A stretch of DNA of 64,000 nucleotides from Prochlorococcus sp. AG-355-B18 (GCA_003280965.1 QCDI01000010.1:1-64000); one strand, 5' to 3'. Counted from the first letter of the stretch, positions 7,989 through 18,069 are shown. Notes: generated by a model from the letters alone, not told the origin. A program made the numbers and translations.

Positions 7989-8029
7989 AGTTTAAATTTA
8001 GGTTAAAAACTAATTAATTAAAAGATAAG
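7989..8029. promoter_or_regulatory. Pho-box-like array upstream of pstS (four units, 11-bp period)
   Basis: AGTTTAAA (7989), AGGTTAAA (8000), TAATTAAT (8011), AAGATAAG (8022). Confidence 0.6.
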
Positions 8030-8101
8030 CTTTTAGCTAAAGAGTTTTTGTGTATGGATTAAGTGCTATATATATGGAGTCTTTATTCAATCATGACACC
8101 C

Positions 8102-9088
8102 ATGAACATAGCAAAGAAAGCTTTGGTTTTCACTTCTGCAGTAGCCATTGCTGCTGGTACAAGTGTTCCTGGCACAAGCGTTTCTGCTAAAACAAGATTA
8201 AGTGGTGCTGGTGCATCATTTCCTGCCAAAATTTATACTCGTTGGTTCAAAGATTTAGCATCTTCAGGCGGTCCAAGAGTTAATTACCAAGCCGTCGGTT
8301 CAGGCTCTGGAAGAAAAGCATTTATCGACCAGACTGTAAACTTTGGTGCTTCTGATGATCCTATGAAGGCTAAAGATATAGCAAAGGTAACAAGAGGATT
8401 AGTTCAGATCCCTATGGTTGGAGGAACTATTGCTTTTGGATATAACTATGATTGCGATTTGAAACTTACTCAAGAACAAGCAGTACAAGTTGCAATGGGT
8501 ATGATCAAGAATTGGAAAGAAGTTGGTTGTAAACCTGGTAAATTAACTTGGGCACATCGTTCTGACGGATCAGGTACAACTAAAGCTTTTACAAACTCTA
8601 TGGAAGCTTTTTCAAAAACTTGGACTTTAGGTACAGGTAAGTCTGTTAAATGGCCTTCAGGTGTTGGTGCAAAAGGTAATTCAGGCGTGGCAGGTGTCAT
8701 CCAGAATACTCCAGGCGCAATTGGTTATGTTAACCAGTCCTACATTAAGGGAAATGTTAAGGCCGCTGCACTTCAAAATCTTTCAGGTGAGTTTCTAAAA
8801 CCATCTGTAGAAGCAGGAGCAAAAGCTCTTAATGGTATTACTTTAGATGAAAATCTTGCGGGTAAAAATCCTAATCCAACTGCAAAAGGAGCATATCCTA
8901 TAGCTTCATTAACATGGATACTTGCCTATGAAGAAGGTAATGGTAGAAACACTAAAGCTATCAAGCAAGCCTTTAATACATTGTTAAGTGATGAGTATCA
9001 AGATAAAGCTCCATCACTAGGCTTTGTTCCTTTAAAAGGCGATATTCTTGAGAAATCAAGAGCTGCTGTAAAAAGAATCGGTAAATAA
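8102..9088 (+). CDS. pstS: phosphate ABC transporter substrate-binding protein PstS
   Basis: GAGASFPA, YQAVGSGSG, FGASD, HRSDGSGTT, GAIGYV, YPIA motifs; start 8102 or 8093. Confidence 0.97.
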   Translation: MNIAKKALVFTSAVAIAAGTSVPGTSVSAKTRLSGAGASFPAKIYTRWFKDLASSGGPRVNYQAVGSGSGRKAFIDQTVNFGASDDPMKAKDIAKVTRGLVQIPMVGGTIAFGYNYDCDLKLTQEQAVQVAMGMIKNWKEVGCKPGKLTWAHRSDGSGTTKAFTNSMEAFSKTWTLGTGKSVKWPSGVGAKGNSGVAGVIQNTPGAIGYVNQSYIKGNVKAAALQNLSGEFLKPSVEAGAKALNGITLDENLAGKNPNPTAKGAYPIASLTWILAYEEGNGRNTKAIKQAFNTLLSDEYQDKAPSLGFVPLKGDILEKSRAAVKRIGK

Positions 9089-9106
9089 ACCGTAAGAAAA
9101 ACATTT

Positions 9107-9136
9107 AAAAGGAGGAATTTATTTCCTCCTTTTTTT
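9107..9136. terminator. bidirectional terminator between pstS and chrA
   Basis: AAAAGGAGGAA-TTTAT-TTCCTCCTTTTTTT between convergent genes. Confidence 0.88.
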
Positions 9137-10361
9137 ATGCAAACAAATATTTTGACAAGCCTAATATTAAAGAAAAAAGAATAAGTGTGTATGTTGGCAC
9201 TATTTTTAAAAAAGATAATAGTGTGGAGATTAAAACTATAAAAATAGAACTAATTAAAAAGAATTTTGATGAAAAACTATTTTCAATTAAATTAAATCCA
9301 GAGAAAATAACTGCTCCAGGAATTGTATTGATCACTCCTTCGATAAAGTAATTAATCGATTTAATTCTGTTTTTTATAAGGCCTTTTCCAAAAACAAAAA
9401 TTAATAAAAAACTTGGTAAAAAAATTGCAAAAGTTGATATAAATGAATACTTTAAAGCTTCATTTATTCCTCCGATCGAAAACCCTGCTTTATATCCAAT
9501 AAAACTTGTAATTAATAAGACAGGCCCAGGTGTTATTTGGCTAATCATTATTCCATCTATAAATTCATTATTTGTTAACCATCCTTGCGAGATAACATAA
9601 TCACTCATAAGAGGAATGATTACTAATCCACCTCCAAAAATAAAAAGTCCCGATTTAAAGAAGAAAAAAAACAGATTAAGGTAATCTACTAAAAACTTTG
9701 AGGTTATAGACTCTCTTAAAAAATTATAAAACTTTGATATATCTAAAAAGACCGAGCTAATCAAAAATGAGGTTGTTGAAAATATAGATAAAGGGACCAA
9801 GCTATAAAAAATATTTTTGAATTTCTTTAAAAATATATTTATCAATCCTGCAATACTAAGAATTGTTATGAGTGGAAATTGAATACTATTATATTTAGCA
9901 AATATAAGTAGAAATAATATTGAGCTGGAGAATAATATTCGATCAAACTTTAATCTTTTTTTTAATAGAACTAATGAGAATGAAAAAATTATCCCTGCAA
10001 TAATAGGCGGATTAAAATAAATTAAATCTGTTAAGAATTTTGATCCAGAACCAATTTGCCAAAAAAAACTAAGAGCTAATACTGAAATGAATCCTGGGAT
10101 AATGAAACTTATACCTGATATCAATCCACCAAGATAACCATTGATTTTAAGACCTATATATATTGCCAATTGAGTAGATATTGGTCCTGGAAGTATTTGA
10201 CATAATCCAATACCTTTTTCAAAAGATTGATTTGATATCAATTTTTTATTATTTATAAGTTCATCTTCGAATAAGGAAATATGAGCATAGGGTCCTCCAA
10301 AACTTAAAATACCAATTTTTAGGAAAGTTTTTGCAAGTTCAATTAAGGATATTTTTGCCAT
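9135..10361 (-). CDS. chrA: chromate ion transporter (CHR family, long chain)
   Basis: Duplicated CHR motifs [11 protein letters not shown]…QILPGP and [12 protein letters not shown]…QITPGP. Confidence 0.92.
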   Translation of the reverse strand: MAKISLIELAKTFLKIGILSFGGPYAHISLFEDELINNKKLISNQSFEKGIGLCQILPGPISTQLAIYIGLKINGYLGGLISGISFIIPGFISVLALSFFWQIGSGSKFLTDLIYFNPPIIAGIIFSFSLVLLKKRLKFDRILFSSSILFLLIFAKYNSIQFPLITILSIAGLINIFLKKFKNIFYSLVPLSIFSTTSFLISSVFLDISKFYNFLRESITSKFLVDYLNLFFFFFKSGLFIFGGGLVIIPLMSDYVISQGWLTNNEFIDGIMISQITPGPVLLITSFIGYKAGFSIGGINEALKYSFISTFAIFLPSFLLIFVFGKGLIKNRIKSINYFIEGVINTIPGAVIFSGFNLIENSFSSKFFLISSIFIVLISTLLSFLKIVPTYTLILFSLILGLSKYLFA

Positions 10362-10391
10362 TAAAATATTCTAATTCCTAAAAATTAGTCT

Positions 10392-11651
10392 TTATGGAGC
10401 TGATAAGCTTTGTTTGATTGATGGTAATTTAAGACTCGAAATCCAAGATAAGAATATTAAAAGTGATGAAAAATAAAGACAATATTGAAGACCAATACTC
10501 GGATTTCTCCCAATCATAAATAGTAAGCCAGATAGTAATGTTCCAACTAGTCTTCCAGCAGCATTTGCCATGTAATAGAAGCCAACATTTAAACTGACTT
10601 TTTCATTATCAGAGTATGCCAAAATCATATAAGAATGTGTAGAGGAATTCATTGCAAAAACAAATCCAAAAATAGTAAGTCCTAAAATTATTGCTATTGA
10701 TGGAGAACTTTCTCTCCATAATGCGACTCCTATCAAAGATGGTATTACCATTAATACGGCACTCCAAAATTGGATAGCTTTACGATCTGGACTTTCTTTC
10801 TGGCCCCATATCTTTCTAATTGCTGGAGCAGAAGCCTGAACAATTCCATAACCTATTACCCAGGCCCCAAGAAATAATCCTATTTCCATGTAGTCCCAAC
10901 CAAATGCCATATCTAGGAATACTGGAAGAGCTACAACAAACCAAACATCTCTTGCTCCAAAAAGAAAGAATCTTGCTGCTGAAAGAATATTAATTGCTTC
11001 TGATTTTGAAAACAAATCATTAAAAGCTGGTTTGGTTTTCATCTTGCCAATTTCTCCAGGTAAAATTAATGTCAATAAAAACGCTAAGCATAGTCCAAAA
11101 CCCATAATTCCTACAGCATTATTGAATCCAAATAACTTATATAAAAGTCCACCCAAGAAAAAGCCAACTCCCTTAAGAGCATTTTTAGATCCAGTTAAAA
11201 TAGCAACCCATTTAAAAAGTTGTTTTTGGCCAGTATCATTGCCATCATTTGTCTCTGGGACAACTGTCTTAACAGCACTTTTAGCACTCATTTTGTTTAA
11301 ATCTTTTGCTATCCCACTGACTGCTTGAGCAACCATAACGTATGCGACACTAAAAATTACCGGCCAATCTTCCTTAACTGGAATAAGCATAAAAAGAGCG
11401 ATGATTTGCAGGATAGTCCCAATCCATAAAGTAAGCCTTAAACCATATCTTGCTCCAATCCAACCACCATATAGATTAGTAATTATTCCAAAAAACTCAT
11501 AAAAAAGGAAAAGTAAAGCAATTTGTAGAGTTGTGTAACCTAGCTCATGAAAGTGACCAACAACTAATAATCTTAATGCGCCATCAGTAAGCGTGAACGC
11601 CCAATAGTTTGCTGTTACAACACTATATTGTTGAATATTAGATAACTTCAT
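10392..11651 (-). CDS. arsJ: organoarsenical efflux MFS transporter ArsJ
   Basis: NYWAFTLTDGALR, AKDLNKMSAKSA, LTGSKNALKG, RDVWFVV, GFYYMANA; directly downstream of a gap paralogue. Confidence 0.92.
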   Translation of the reverse strand: MKLSNIQQYSVVTANYWAFTLTDGALRLLVVGHFHELGYTTLQIALLFLFYEFFGIITNLYGGWIGARYGLRLTLWIGTILQIIALFMLIPVKEDWPVIFSVAYVMVAQAVSGIAKDLNKMSAKSAVKTVVPETNDGNDTGQKQLFKWVAILTGSKNALKGVGFFLGGLLYKLFGFNNAVGIMGFGLCLAFLLTLILPGEIGKMKTKPAFNDLFSKSEAINILSAARFFLFGARDVWFVVALPVFLDMAFGWDYMEIGLFLGAWVIGYGIVQASAPAIRKIWGQKESPDRKAIQFWSAVLMVIPSLIGVALWRESSPSIAIILGLTIFGFVFAMNSSTHSYMILAYSDNEKVSLNVGFYYMANAAGRLVGTLLSGLLFMIGRNPSIGLQYCLYFSSLLIFLSWISSLKLPSIKQSLSAP

Positions 11652-11662
11652 AAAGACATAAA

Positions 11663-12685
11663 TTAAATCTCTTTTTTGATTACATATTCAGTAAGATCTG
11701 CAAGCCTGCAGCTATAACCCCATTCGTTGTCGTACCAAGCATATATCTTTAATAAATTTGAATTGACAACCATCGTTGATAAACTATCAACTATTGAGCT
11801 TCTAGAGTCATTTACATAATCTGCAGAAACTAAAGGTCTTTCTTCGTAGCCAAGAATTCCTTTTAAATAAGTTTCTGAAGCTTCCTTAAGTGTCAAATTT
11901 ACTTGTTCAACTGTCACTTCATTATTTAATTCAAAAACTGCATCTGTTAAAGAACCATTAAGTAGAGGAACTCTTACTGCATGTCCATTTAATTTTCCTT
12001 TTAATTCTGGAAAGATCTCAGCTATAGCTTTAGCAGATCCAGTGGTAGTAGGTATTAAACTTTGCATACATCCTCTTGCTCTCCTCAAATCACTTTTATA
12101 AAAATCTACAGGAACTTGAGTGTTCGTGACATCGTGAATAGTTGTAATAGCACCGTGTTTAATTGAGAAATTTTCATTAATTACCTTTACTATCGGAGCT
12201 AAACAATTTGTAGTGCAAGATGCTGCAGTTACTAATTTATGTTTGGAAGGGTCATAAAGACTTTGATTTATGCCATAAACAACATTAAGTGATTCAGCTT
12301 CTGCAACAATTCCTTTGACTGGACAAGCTACTATTACTCTTTTCATCCCTAGAGAATCAAAATAGGGATTTAGTTTGTCTGGCTTTTTATTCTTTCCTGT
12401 ACATTCCAAAATAATATCTACAGAAGATTTCTCCCAAGGAACATCGAGGTAATTTTTAAAAGTTGTGTAGGCTAATTTCTTTCCATCAATTATTATTTCT
12501 TCTTCTTTAACCTTTATATCTTTCCCCCATCTGCCATGGACCGAATCGAATTCGAGTAGATGTGCAGCAGCATTCGAATCTCCTGCTATCTCATTTATAT
12601 GAGTTATTTCTATATCAGCTCTATCCCATAATGCTCTGAAAACTAATCTGCCAATTCTTCCAAAACCATTAATTCCAATTTTCAT
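11663..12685 (-). CDS. gap: ArsJ-associated glyceraldehyde-3-phosphate dehydrogenase
   Basis: [39 protein letters not shown]; likely ATG at 12685 because the longer start lies in the operator. Confidence 0.93.
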   Translation of the reverse strand: MKIGINGFGRIGRLVFRALWDRADIEITHINEIAGDSNAAAHLLEFDSVHGRWGKDIKVKEEEIIIDGKKLAYTTFKNYLDVPWEKSSVDIILECTGKNKKPDKLNPYFDSLGMKRVIVACPVKGIVAEAESLNVVYGINQSLYDPSKHKLVTAASCTTNCLAPIVKVINENFSIKHGAITTIHDVTNTQVPVDFYKSDLRRARGCMQSLIPTTTGSAKAIAEIFPELKGKLNGHAVRVPLLNGSLTDAVFELNNEVTVEQVNLTLKEASETYLKGILGYEERPLVSADYVNDSRSSIVDSLSTMVVNSNLLKIYAWYDNEWGYSCRLADLTEYVIKKEI

Positions 12686-12710
12686 AACTTTGAAATTTTC
12701 TATATAAATC

Positions 12711-12748
12711 ATACATCAAAATATTTTGATGTATCAAGATGTTTTGAT
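12711..12748. promoter_or_regulatory. double ArsR operator
   Basis: 24-bp perfect palindrome ATACATCAAAATATTTTGATGTAT; two ATCAA-N6-TTGAT sites (12715-12730, 12733-12748), the form known for cyanobacterial ArsR operators. Confidence 0.85.
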
Positions 12749-12802
12749 TAATGAAATCTTTTTTTTTTAAGCTATATTTAAGAGAATTTATTTACTTTAA
12801 AA

Positions 12803-13123
12803 TTGTTAAAAGAGAATAGCAAAGTAAAAAAAGAAATTATATCTAAGTTGATGGTTTCATTTTCTGATCCTTTTAGGCTAGAAATAATTGACCTAATGAT
12901 GGATGGAGAAGTTTGTGTTTGCGATATTATGAAATTAACTAATTTATCTCAATCAAGAATTTCATATCACATAAAAATTTTGAAGGATGCTGGTCTTATC
13001 TCAGACAGACAAGAAGGTAGATGGGTATATTACAAACTAAATATAGAATCTTTCTTTTTGATCAAGGAATGGATAACTTCTTTGACAGATTATTCCTCAA
13101 ATAGAAAACGTTGCTGCGAATAA
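12803..13123 (+). CDS. arsR: ArsR/SmtB family metalloregulator
   Basis: DPFRLEII, GEVCVCDI, SQSRISYHIKILKDAGLI, EGRWVYY; C-terminal CC. Confidence 0.92.
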   Translation: MLKENSKVKKEIISKLMVSFSDPFRLEIIDLMMDGEVCVCDIMKLTNLSQSRISYHIKILKDAGLISDRQEGRWVYYKLNIESFFLIKEWITSLTDYSSNRKRCCE

Positions 13124-13141
13124 ATTATATTTTAGATTTTA

Positions 13142-13348
13142 TTAATTAACTTCTGATTCCCTGTCATAAGTCATTCCTGATTGTTCCATCCACTCAGCTT
13201 TAGTTTTGCAATTTTGTTTGTGATTAAAGATGTGAAAACCTTCAATAATAATCATTATCGATAGAAGCAAAACAGGAATAAAATATACAGGTGAAGATAA
13301 TACTTCTTTATATTTGATTTGAGCAATGAATTCCCTGTATTTAAACAT
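13142..13348 (-). CDS. small membrane hypothetical protein (68 aa)
   Basis: One hydrophobic segment; Pho-like TGGTTAAG at 13385 upstream. Confidence 0.6.
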   Translation of the reverse strand: MFKYREFIAQIKYKEVLSSPVYFIPVLLLSIMIIIEGFHIFNHKQNCKTKAEWMEQSGMTYDRESEVN

Positions 13349-13462
13349 CCTCTCAGTTTCTATTCAATAAATAATATTCACCTATGGTTAAGTAAAGTTA
13401 AAGAAAAAATTTTTGAAGATATTAAGTTTAAGGATGTTAACTTTTCATGACTTTCATATACC

Positions 13463-13480
13463 TTTAACCCCTCTTAAAGT
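13463..13480 (+). promoter_or_regulatory. possible Pho-box-like site upstream of pstC
   Basis: TTTAACCC and CTTAAAGT, but at 10-bp rather than 11-bp spacing. Confidence 0.35.
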
Positions 13481-13526
13481 CTTTTCCAATATTTAGTAGT
13501 AGATTTAAAGATATATTCTTTTTTTA

Positions 13527-14474
13527 ATGGAAGAGAAATTAACTCTTTTCAAGAATCGTAAAAGGTTCGGGATTGAAAAAAATATAGATTTAATCTTTAA
13601 AAATACAGCCCTAGCCTTGTCTAGTCTTGTTGCAATAGTACTATTTGGAATTATTTTAGTAGTCTTTTTTCAGTCATTTGAATCCTTCTCAAGGTATGGC
13701 TTAAATTTTCTAGTAACTTCTGAATGGAATCCAGTAAAAGATGAATATGGAGCTTTTACAGCAATATATGGGACATTAGTTACTTCTCTTCTTTCATTAT
13801 TGATTACTATCCCTTTAGGTGTTGGAACTGCGATATTTATTACAGAGGATTTTGTTCCGAAATTTGTCAGAGAAATAGTAGGTTCATTTGTTGAATTACT
13901 AGCAGCTATACCATCTGTCGTATTGGGATTATGGGCGATATTTGTTATGGAACCTTTCTTTAGAGAGTTTTTTGTTTTTTTACATAAATTCTTTGGTTGG
14001 ATTCCTTTATTTAGTTCGGAGCCTGCTGGTCGGAATTCACTTTTAGCGATATTAATTTTAGTGGTAATGCTTTTACCAATAGTGACCTCGATAGCTAGAG
14101 ATACGCTGAATCAAGTTCCCAAAAAGCTTAGGAATGCTGCCTATGGAATTGGTGCAAGTAGATGGAAAACTATATTTTCGGTAATTTTGCCTGCTGCATT
14201 ATCAGGAATTATGGCTGGAGTTCTATTGGCGTTAGGCAGGGCAATGGGTGAAACCATGGCTGTAACTATGATTATTGGAAATTCTAATGCATTTAGTTGG
14301 TCACTATTATCTCCTGGATATACCATCTCTTCTATGCTTGCAAACCAGTTTGGTGAAGCCGATGGAAGTCAGGTCTCATCACTTTTTTATGCGGCTTTTG
14401 TGTTGATGATCCTATCTTTAGTGGTTAATATCTTTGCTCAATGGCTAGTTAAGAAATTTAGTCTCAAATATTAG
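13527..14474 (+). CDS. pstC: phosphate ABC transporter permease PstC
   Basis: ELLAAIPSVVLGLW, GRAMGETMAV. Confidence 0.96.
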   Translation: MEEKLTLFKNRKRFGIEKNIDLIFKNTALALSSLVAIVLFGIILVVFFQSFESFSRYGLNFLVTSEWNPVKDEYGAFTAIYGTLVTSLLSLLITIPLGVGTAIFITEDFVPKFVREIVGSFVELLAAIPSVVLGLWAIFVMEPFFREFFVFLHKFFGWIPLFSSEPAGRNSLLAILILVVMLLPIVTSIARDTLNQVPKKLRNAAYGIGASRWKTIFSVILPAALSGIMAGVLLALGRAMGETMAVTMIIGNSNAFSWSLLSPGYTISSMLANQFGEADGSQVSSLFYAAFVLMILSLVVNIFAQWLVKKFSLKY

Positions 14475-15374
14475 ATGATTATGAATTCTCTTTATTACCA
14501 GAAAAAACTATCACGAAATGTAGGAGATAAATTCTTTACTTCTTTATCAGTTTTTTGTGCACTCATAGCAATTCTTCCTTTGATTTTTGTGGTTACATAT
14601 ATTCTTATTAAAGGTGGATCTCAAATCACGCCAGAATTATTTACTCTAGAGCCAAATCCTCCTGGAGATGATTTAGATGCAGGAGGAATTAATCCTGCAT
14701 TAGTTGGGACACTAGTAATTACAACTATTGCTTCACTTATTTCCATACCAGTAGGTGTTGGCGGTGGCATATATCTAGCTGAATACTCTAAAGGCGGTGC
14801 TTTTTCAAGGTTTATTAGATTCGGGGTAAATGTTTTAGCTGGTGTTCCTTCAATAATTGCAGGTGTATTTATTTATGCCTTAATCGTTTCAACAAAAATT
14901 TTATTTGGCAGTATGTACAGTGGTTTGGCAGGAGGTATGGCTCTTTCAATATTGATGTTGCCTACAGTTATAAAAACTACTGATGAAGGTTTAAAGTTAG
15001 TACCAAATGAATTAAGGTATGCTTCTCTAGGGATAGGAGCAAGTATGTATACTACAATATTAAAAATAACTTTACCCACAGCATTTAGATCTATTGCTAC
15101 TGGAGTTGTGCTTGGAATCGCAAGGGCTGCAGGTGAAACAGCACCTTTGATATTTACTGCTTTATTTTCTTACTACTACATAGTAGGTATTGAAGATTTG
15201 TTTTACGAGATGGGCTCATTAGCTGTCTTGATATATAATTTTGCCCTTGAACCTTATGATGCTCAAAATAAACTAGCCTGGGCAGCTTCCTTTATTCTTG
15301 TCATATCAATACTAACAGTTAATATTTTTTCAAGGATATTGGCCGCTTTTACTGAGAAAACTAAGAGGGTATGA
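14475..15374 (+). CDS. pstA: phosphate ABC transporter permease PstA
   Basis: [23 protein letters not shown]. Confidence 0.96.
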   Translation: MIMNSLYYQKKLSRNVGDKFFTSLSVFCALIAILPLIFVVTYILIKGGSQITPELFTLEPNPPGDDLDAGGINPALVGTLVITTIASLISIPVGVGGGIYLAEYSKGGAFSRFIRFGVNVLAGVPSIIAGVFIYALIVSTKILFGSMYSGLAGGMALSILMLPTVIKTTDEGLKLVPNELRYASLGIGASMYTTILKITLPTAFRSIATGVVLGIARAAGETAPLIFTALFSYYYIVGIEDLFYEMGSLAVLIYNFALEPYDAQNKLAWAASFILVISILTVNIFSRILAAFTEKTKRV

Positions 15375-15375
15375 A

Positions 15376-16185
15376 ATGATTAAAAACACTAAAAAGTCGC
15401 AAAAGAAAAACATTTTATCTCTTGAGGATGTTTCTATTAGTTATGGAACTTTTGAAGCGGTAAAAAATGTTTTTTTAAATTTTAAAGCAGGAGATATAAC
15501 TTCACTCATTGGCCCTTCTGGTTGTGGTAAATCAACCGTTCTTAGAGCTTTGAATAGAATGAACGATTTAATCCCTAATTGTTCGTTAAAAGGGACAGTC
15601 CTCTTTGATGGAACTAATATCTATGACAAAAGAGTAGATCCAGTTGAAGTTAGAAGAAGAATCGGAATGGTTTTTCAACAACCTAATCCTTTTCCAAAAT
15701 CTATCTACGAAAATATTGCATTCGGAGCAAGAATCAATGGCTTTACTGGAGATATGGATGAATTAGTGGAAAGTTCCTTGAGAAAAGCTGCTGTATGGAG
15801 TGAATGTAAGGATAAATTAAATGATAGTGGTTACTCTTTATCTGGTGGACAACAACAAAGACTATGTATAGCAAGAACCATCGCAATTGAGCCTGAAATA
15901 ATTCTCATGGATGAGCCATGCTCAGCTTTAGATCCAATCTCTACATTAAAAATTGAGGAGACGATGCACGAACTTAAGAAGAATTACACAATAATTATCG
16001 TTACCCATAATATGCAGCAGGCTTTAAGAGTTAGTGATATGACTGCTTTCTTTAATGCAGTTGAATACGAAGATGGTGACGGAGGAAAAGTTGGTTATCT
16101 TGCAGAATTTGATTCCACTAAGAAAATTTTTAATTCTCCAAAAGAAAAAACTACTCAGGAATACATATCAGGTAAATTTGGTTGA
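15376..16185 (+). CDS. pstB: phosphate ABC transporter ATPase PstB
   Basis: [38 protein letters not shown]. Confidence 0.97.
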   Translation: MIKNTKKSQKKNILSLEDVSISYGTFEAVKNVFLNFKAGDITSLIGPSGCGKSTVLRALNRMNDLIPNCSLKGTVLFDGTNIYDKRVDPVEVRRRIGMVFQQPNPFPKSIYENIAFGARINGFTGDMDELVESSLRKAAVWSECKDKLNDSGYSLSGGQQQRLCIARTIAIEPEIILMDEPCSALDPISTLKIEETMHELKKNYTIIIVTHNMQQALRVSDMTAFFNAVEYEDGDGGKVGYLAEFDSTKKIFNSPKEKTTQEYISGKFG

Positions 16186-16292
16186 TGTTAAATTTTTACT
16201 TTTAAAAGGACAAATTTTATCTTTGATAATGATGAGGGGTAGACAAACAGTATAAATACCTATATAGTTATCTCGAATTAGCAAGTTTATCT

Positions 16293-16382
16293 TTGAAAAA
16301 CTATCCTTTTCTTCCTTTCTTGATTTTTGCAGGAGCTCTAATAACAACTGCAACAATAGGCTTACCTGTATTTACTTCATAA
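16293..16382 (+). CDS. possible 29-aa membrane peptide (MKNYPFLPFLIFAGALITTATIGLPVFTS)
   Basis: Manual translation; TTG start, single hydrophobic helix. Confidence 0.4.
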   Translation: MKNYPFLPFLIFAGALITTATIGLPVFTS

Positions 16383-16504
16383 TTTTAAAATAATTTCTGC
16401 TTAGTTATTCTTATGATTACGCTATTAAAAAAAGATTTAATTGGAAGTCCTAATAAAACTTTAATAAGTGGAAAAATATTTGACTTTATGAAAAAAAGAG
16501 AGAA

Positions 16505-16565
16505 TATGGATCTGTGTGGGAGTGAAAAATCTGTATTAAAACCATTTTCAAAGGTGGTTTATTTC
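16505..16565 (+). ncRNA. candidate structured RNA with loop GTGTGGGAGT and terminal hairpin
   Basis: Stem TATGGAT/ATCTGTA (needs G-U pairs, so + strand) and AAACCA/TGGTTT hairpin followed by ATTT. Confidence 0.35.
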
Positions 16566-16578
16566 TAATTTATTTATT

Positions 16579-16725
16579 ATGGATAAAACTAAAGAACAAT
16601 TAGAAAAATTAAGAGAAGTTGCTGAAGCATCTCTTACAAAAACGGATGAACTTCAGAAAGTTCTCGCTCAAATCGAAGCTTTAATGTCTAGAGAAGAATC
16701 ACAAAGATTATCCAAGAAGAAGTAA
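16579..16725 (+). CDS. small coiled-coil hypothetical protein (48 aa, MDKTKEQLEKLREVAEASLTKTDELQKVLAQIEALMSREESQRLSKKK)
   Basis: Manual translation; ATG 16579, TAA 16723-16725; heptad pattern. Confidence 0.75.
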   Translation: MDKTKEQLEKLREVAEASLTKTDELQKVLAQIEALMSREESQRLSKKK

Positions 16726-16800
16726 TTATTTAAAAAAAAATTTTAGTTTTGTACTTTTAATCACACCCCTACAATTTTGTAGTAGTTATTAATTGTATAT

Positions 16801-16870
16801 GCAGAACCCGTTCCAAAGTTTTCTGTTAGGTCTCGAGGTCTTACCTTCTTTATGTGAAAGACCTCTTTTA
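16801..16870 (+). ncRNA. candidate two-hairpin sRNA or terminator
   Basis: GCAGAA/TTCTGT stem, then GAGGTCTT/AAGACCTC stem followed by TTTTATTT; GC-richer than flanks. Confidence 0.45.
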
Positions 16871-16908
16871 TTTGTAAGTATTTATCCTAATTTATTTCTT
16901 CTTCTTAT

Positions 16909-17211
16909 TTAGTTGATAACTTTATAAATTTCTTTCTTACAGACATTTACATCAAAAGATTCAGTATTTACAATTTCGAGTCCTGTTTTCTCTGTAACTT
17001 TAACTGTTGCGTTGCATTCGTCCTGCTTAAGAGCTAAATAACTTGGCTTTTTATTGTTCGTATCTAATTCAATATTAGAGTCAGTATTTTCTTTATATTG
17101 CTCCATAACAAGGGTGAGAGCTTCTATCTCAACGGAAAAATTTTCATTTGCTTTTGATTCAAATGAAAAAAAAAGAAATGGAAATAAAATCAAGCCAATT
17201 AATTTTTTCAT
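16909..17211 (-). CDS. putative secreted hypothetical protein (100 aa)
   Basis: Signal peptide ending ESKA; two Cys. Confidence 0.7.
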   Translation of the reverse strand: MKKLIGLILFPFLFFSFESKANENFSVEIEALTLVMEQYKENTDSNIELDTNNKKPSYLALKQDECNATVKVTEKTGLEIVNTESFDVNVCKKEIYKVIN

Positions 17212-17421
17212 TTCTATAAAATGTGTTTATTTTTTTTATAACGTGGATTGTTTGCTAAAGGAAGGGTCATTAGCCTTATGATTTTTGAAATTATTAATTT
17301 TTTTCTTTTTAAATAAGTATTTTGAGATTAATTGATAAAAATATCTAACGAGACTTTTGAGTATAATTTGGTATTGTTAAATGATAAATTTAATTCACTC
17401 TAGTAAAAATTTTCTTCGGAA

Positions 17422-18069
17422 TTATATTTCTATAATTTCCTCTTCAGAAATAATTGCCCATTTTTTAAATGTCTTTTTACACAGATAACCCCCTGTTAAA
17501 TCCCCAAATGCAGGTAAGTATAAATTATTTTTTTTAGTATCCATTGCGAAACATCTTAAAGATAATTTATCTCCATTATTTTTTAAATAAAATTTTGGAT
17601 GATAATGTCCGCAAATATTCAAATTTTTATTATCTGCTAGATCAAGAGGCTCATGACTAAAAATAATATTCTTATTTTTTCTAATATCAAAAATTTTTAT
17701 ATTTTTAATATTGCAACCAACATCATGATTCCCGAGAACAAGTTCAACATTGGTTTTAAGTTGTTCAGGAAGATCTTCAACTCTTTTTTGAAGAGTTTTA
17801 CTTATTGAATATTTACTATGAAATAAATCTCCTAAAATTATTAACTTTTCAGGGCTATATTTTCTTACTATTGACTCTATTCTTGTGAAATTATTTTCAT
17901 CTGAATTATTAGTCAGAGGTATACCATTTTGCTGAAAATATTCAGCCTTTCCAAGATGAACATCACAAATTAACAACTCTTTTGTTTGAGGTAGAAATAA
18001 TGCCCTTGAAGGAAGCATTTCTATTAATGTGTCTTCCCAGTAAAATTTAAAAGAAGTTTTTTGCATCAA
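17422..18069 (-). CDS. pdeM: ligase-associated metallophosphoesterase/endonuclease PdeM
   Basis: DVHLGK, GDLFH, GNHD, HEP, GHYHP, PAFG; overlaps lhr stop. Confidence 0.9.
   Translation of the reverse strand: MMQKTSFKFYWEDTLIEMLPSRALFLPQTKELLICDVHLGKAEYFQQNGIPLTNNSDENNFTRIESIVRKYSPEKLIILGDLFHSKYSISKTLQKRVEDLPEQLKTNVELVLGNHDVGCNIKNIKIFDIRKNKNIIFSHEPLDLADNKNLNICGHYHPKFYLKNNGDKLSLRCFAMDTKKNNLYLPAFGDLTGGYLCKKTFKKWAIISEEEIIEI

Noticed and set aside
8153..8187. 15-bp duplication (GTSVP/GTSVS) in the PstS signal region
   Set aside because: Real but short and probably in the cleaved or flexible leader; no support for function
12686..12712. N-terminal extension of gap
   Set aside because: Start lies in the ArsR operator; GAPDH homology begins at MKIGING
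16488..16568. 26-aa ORF MKKRENMDLCGSEKSVLKPFSKVVYF
   Set aside because: Too short, no protein-like features, coincides with the RNA hairpins
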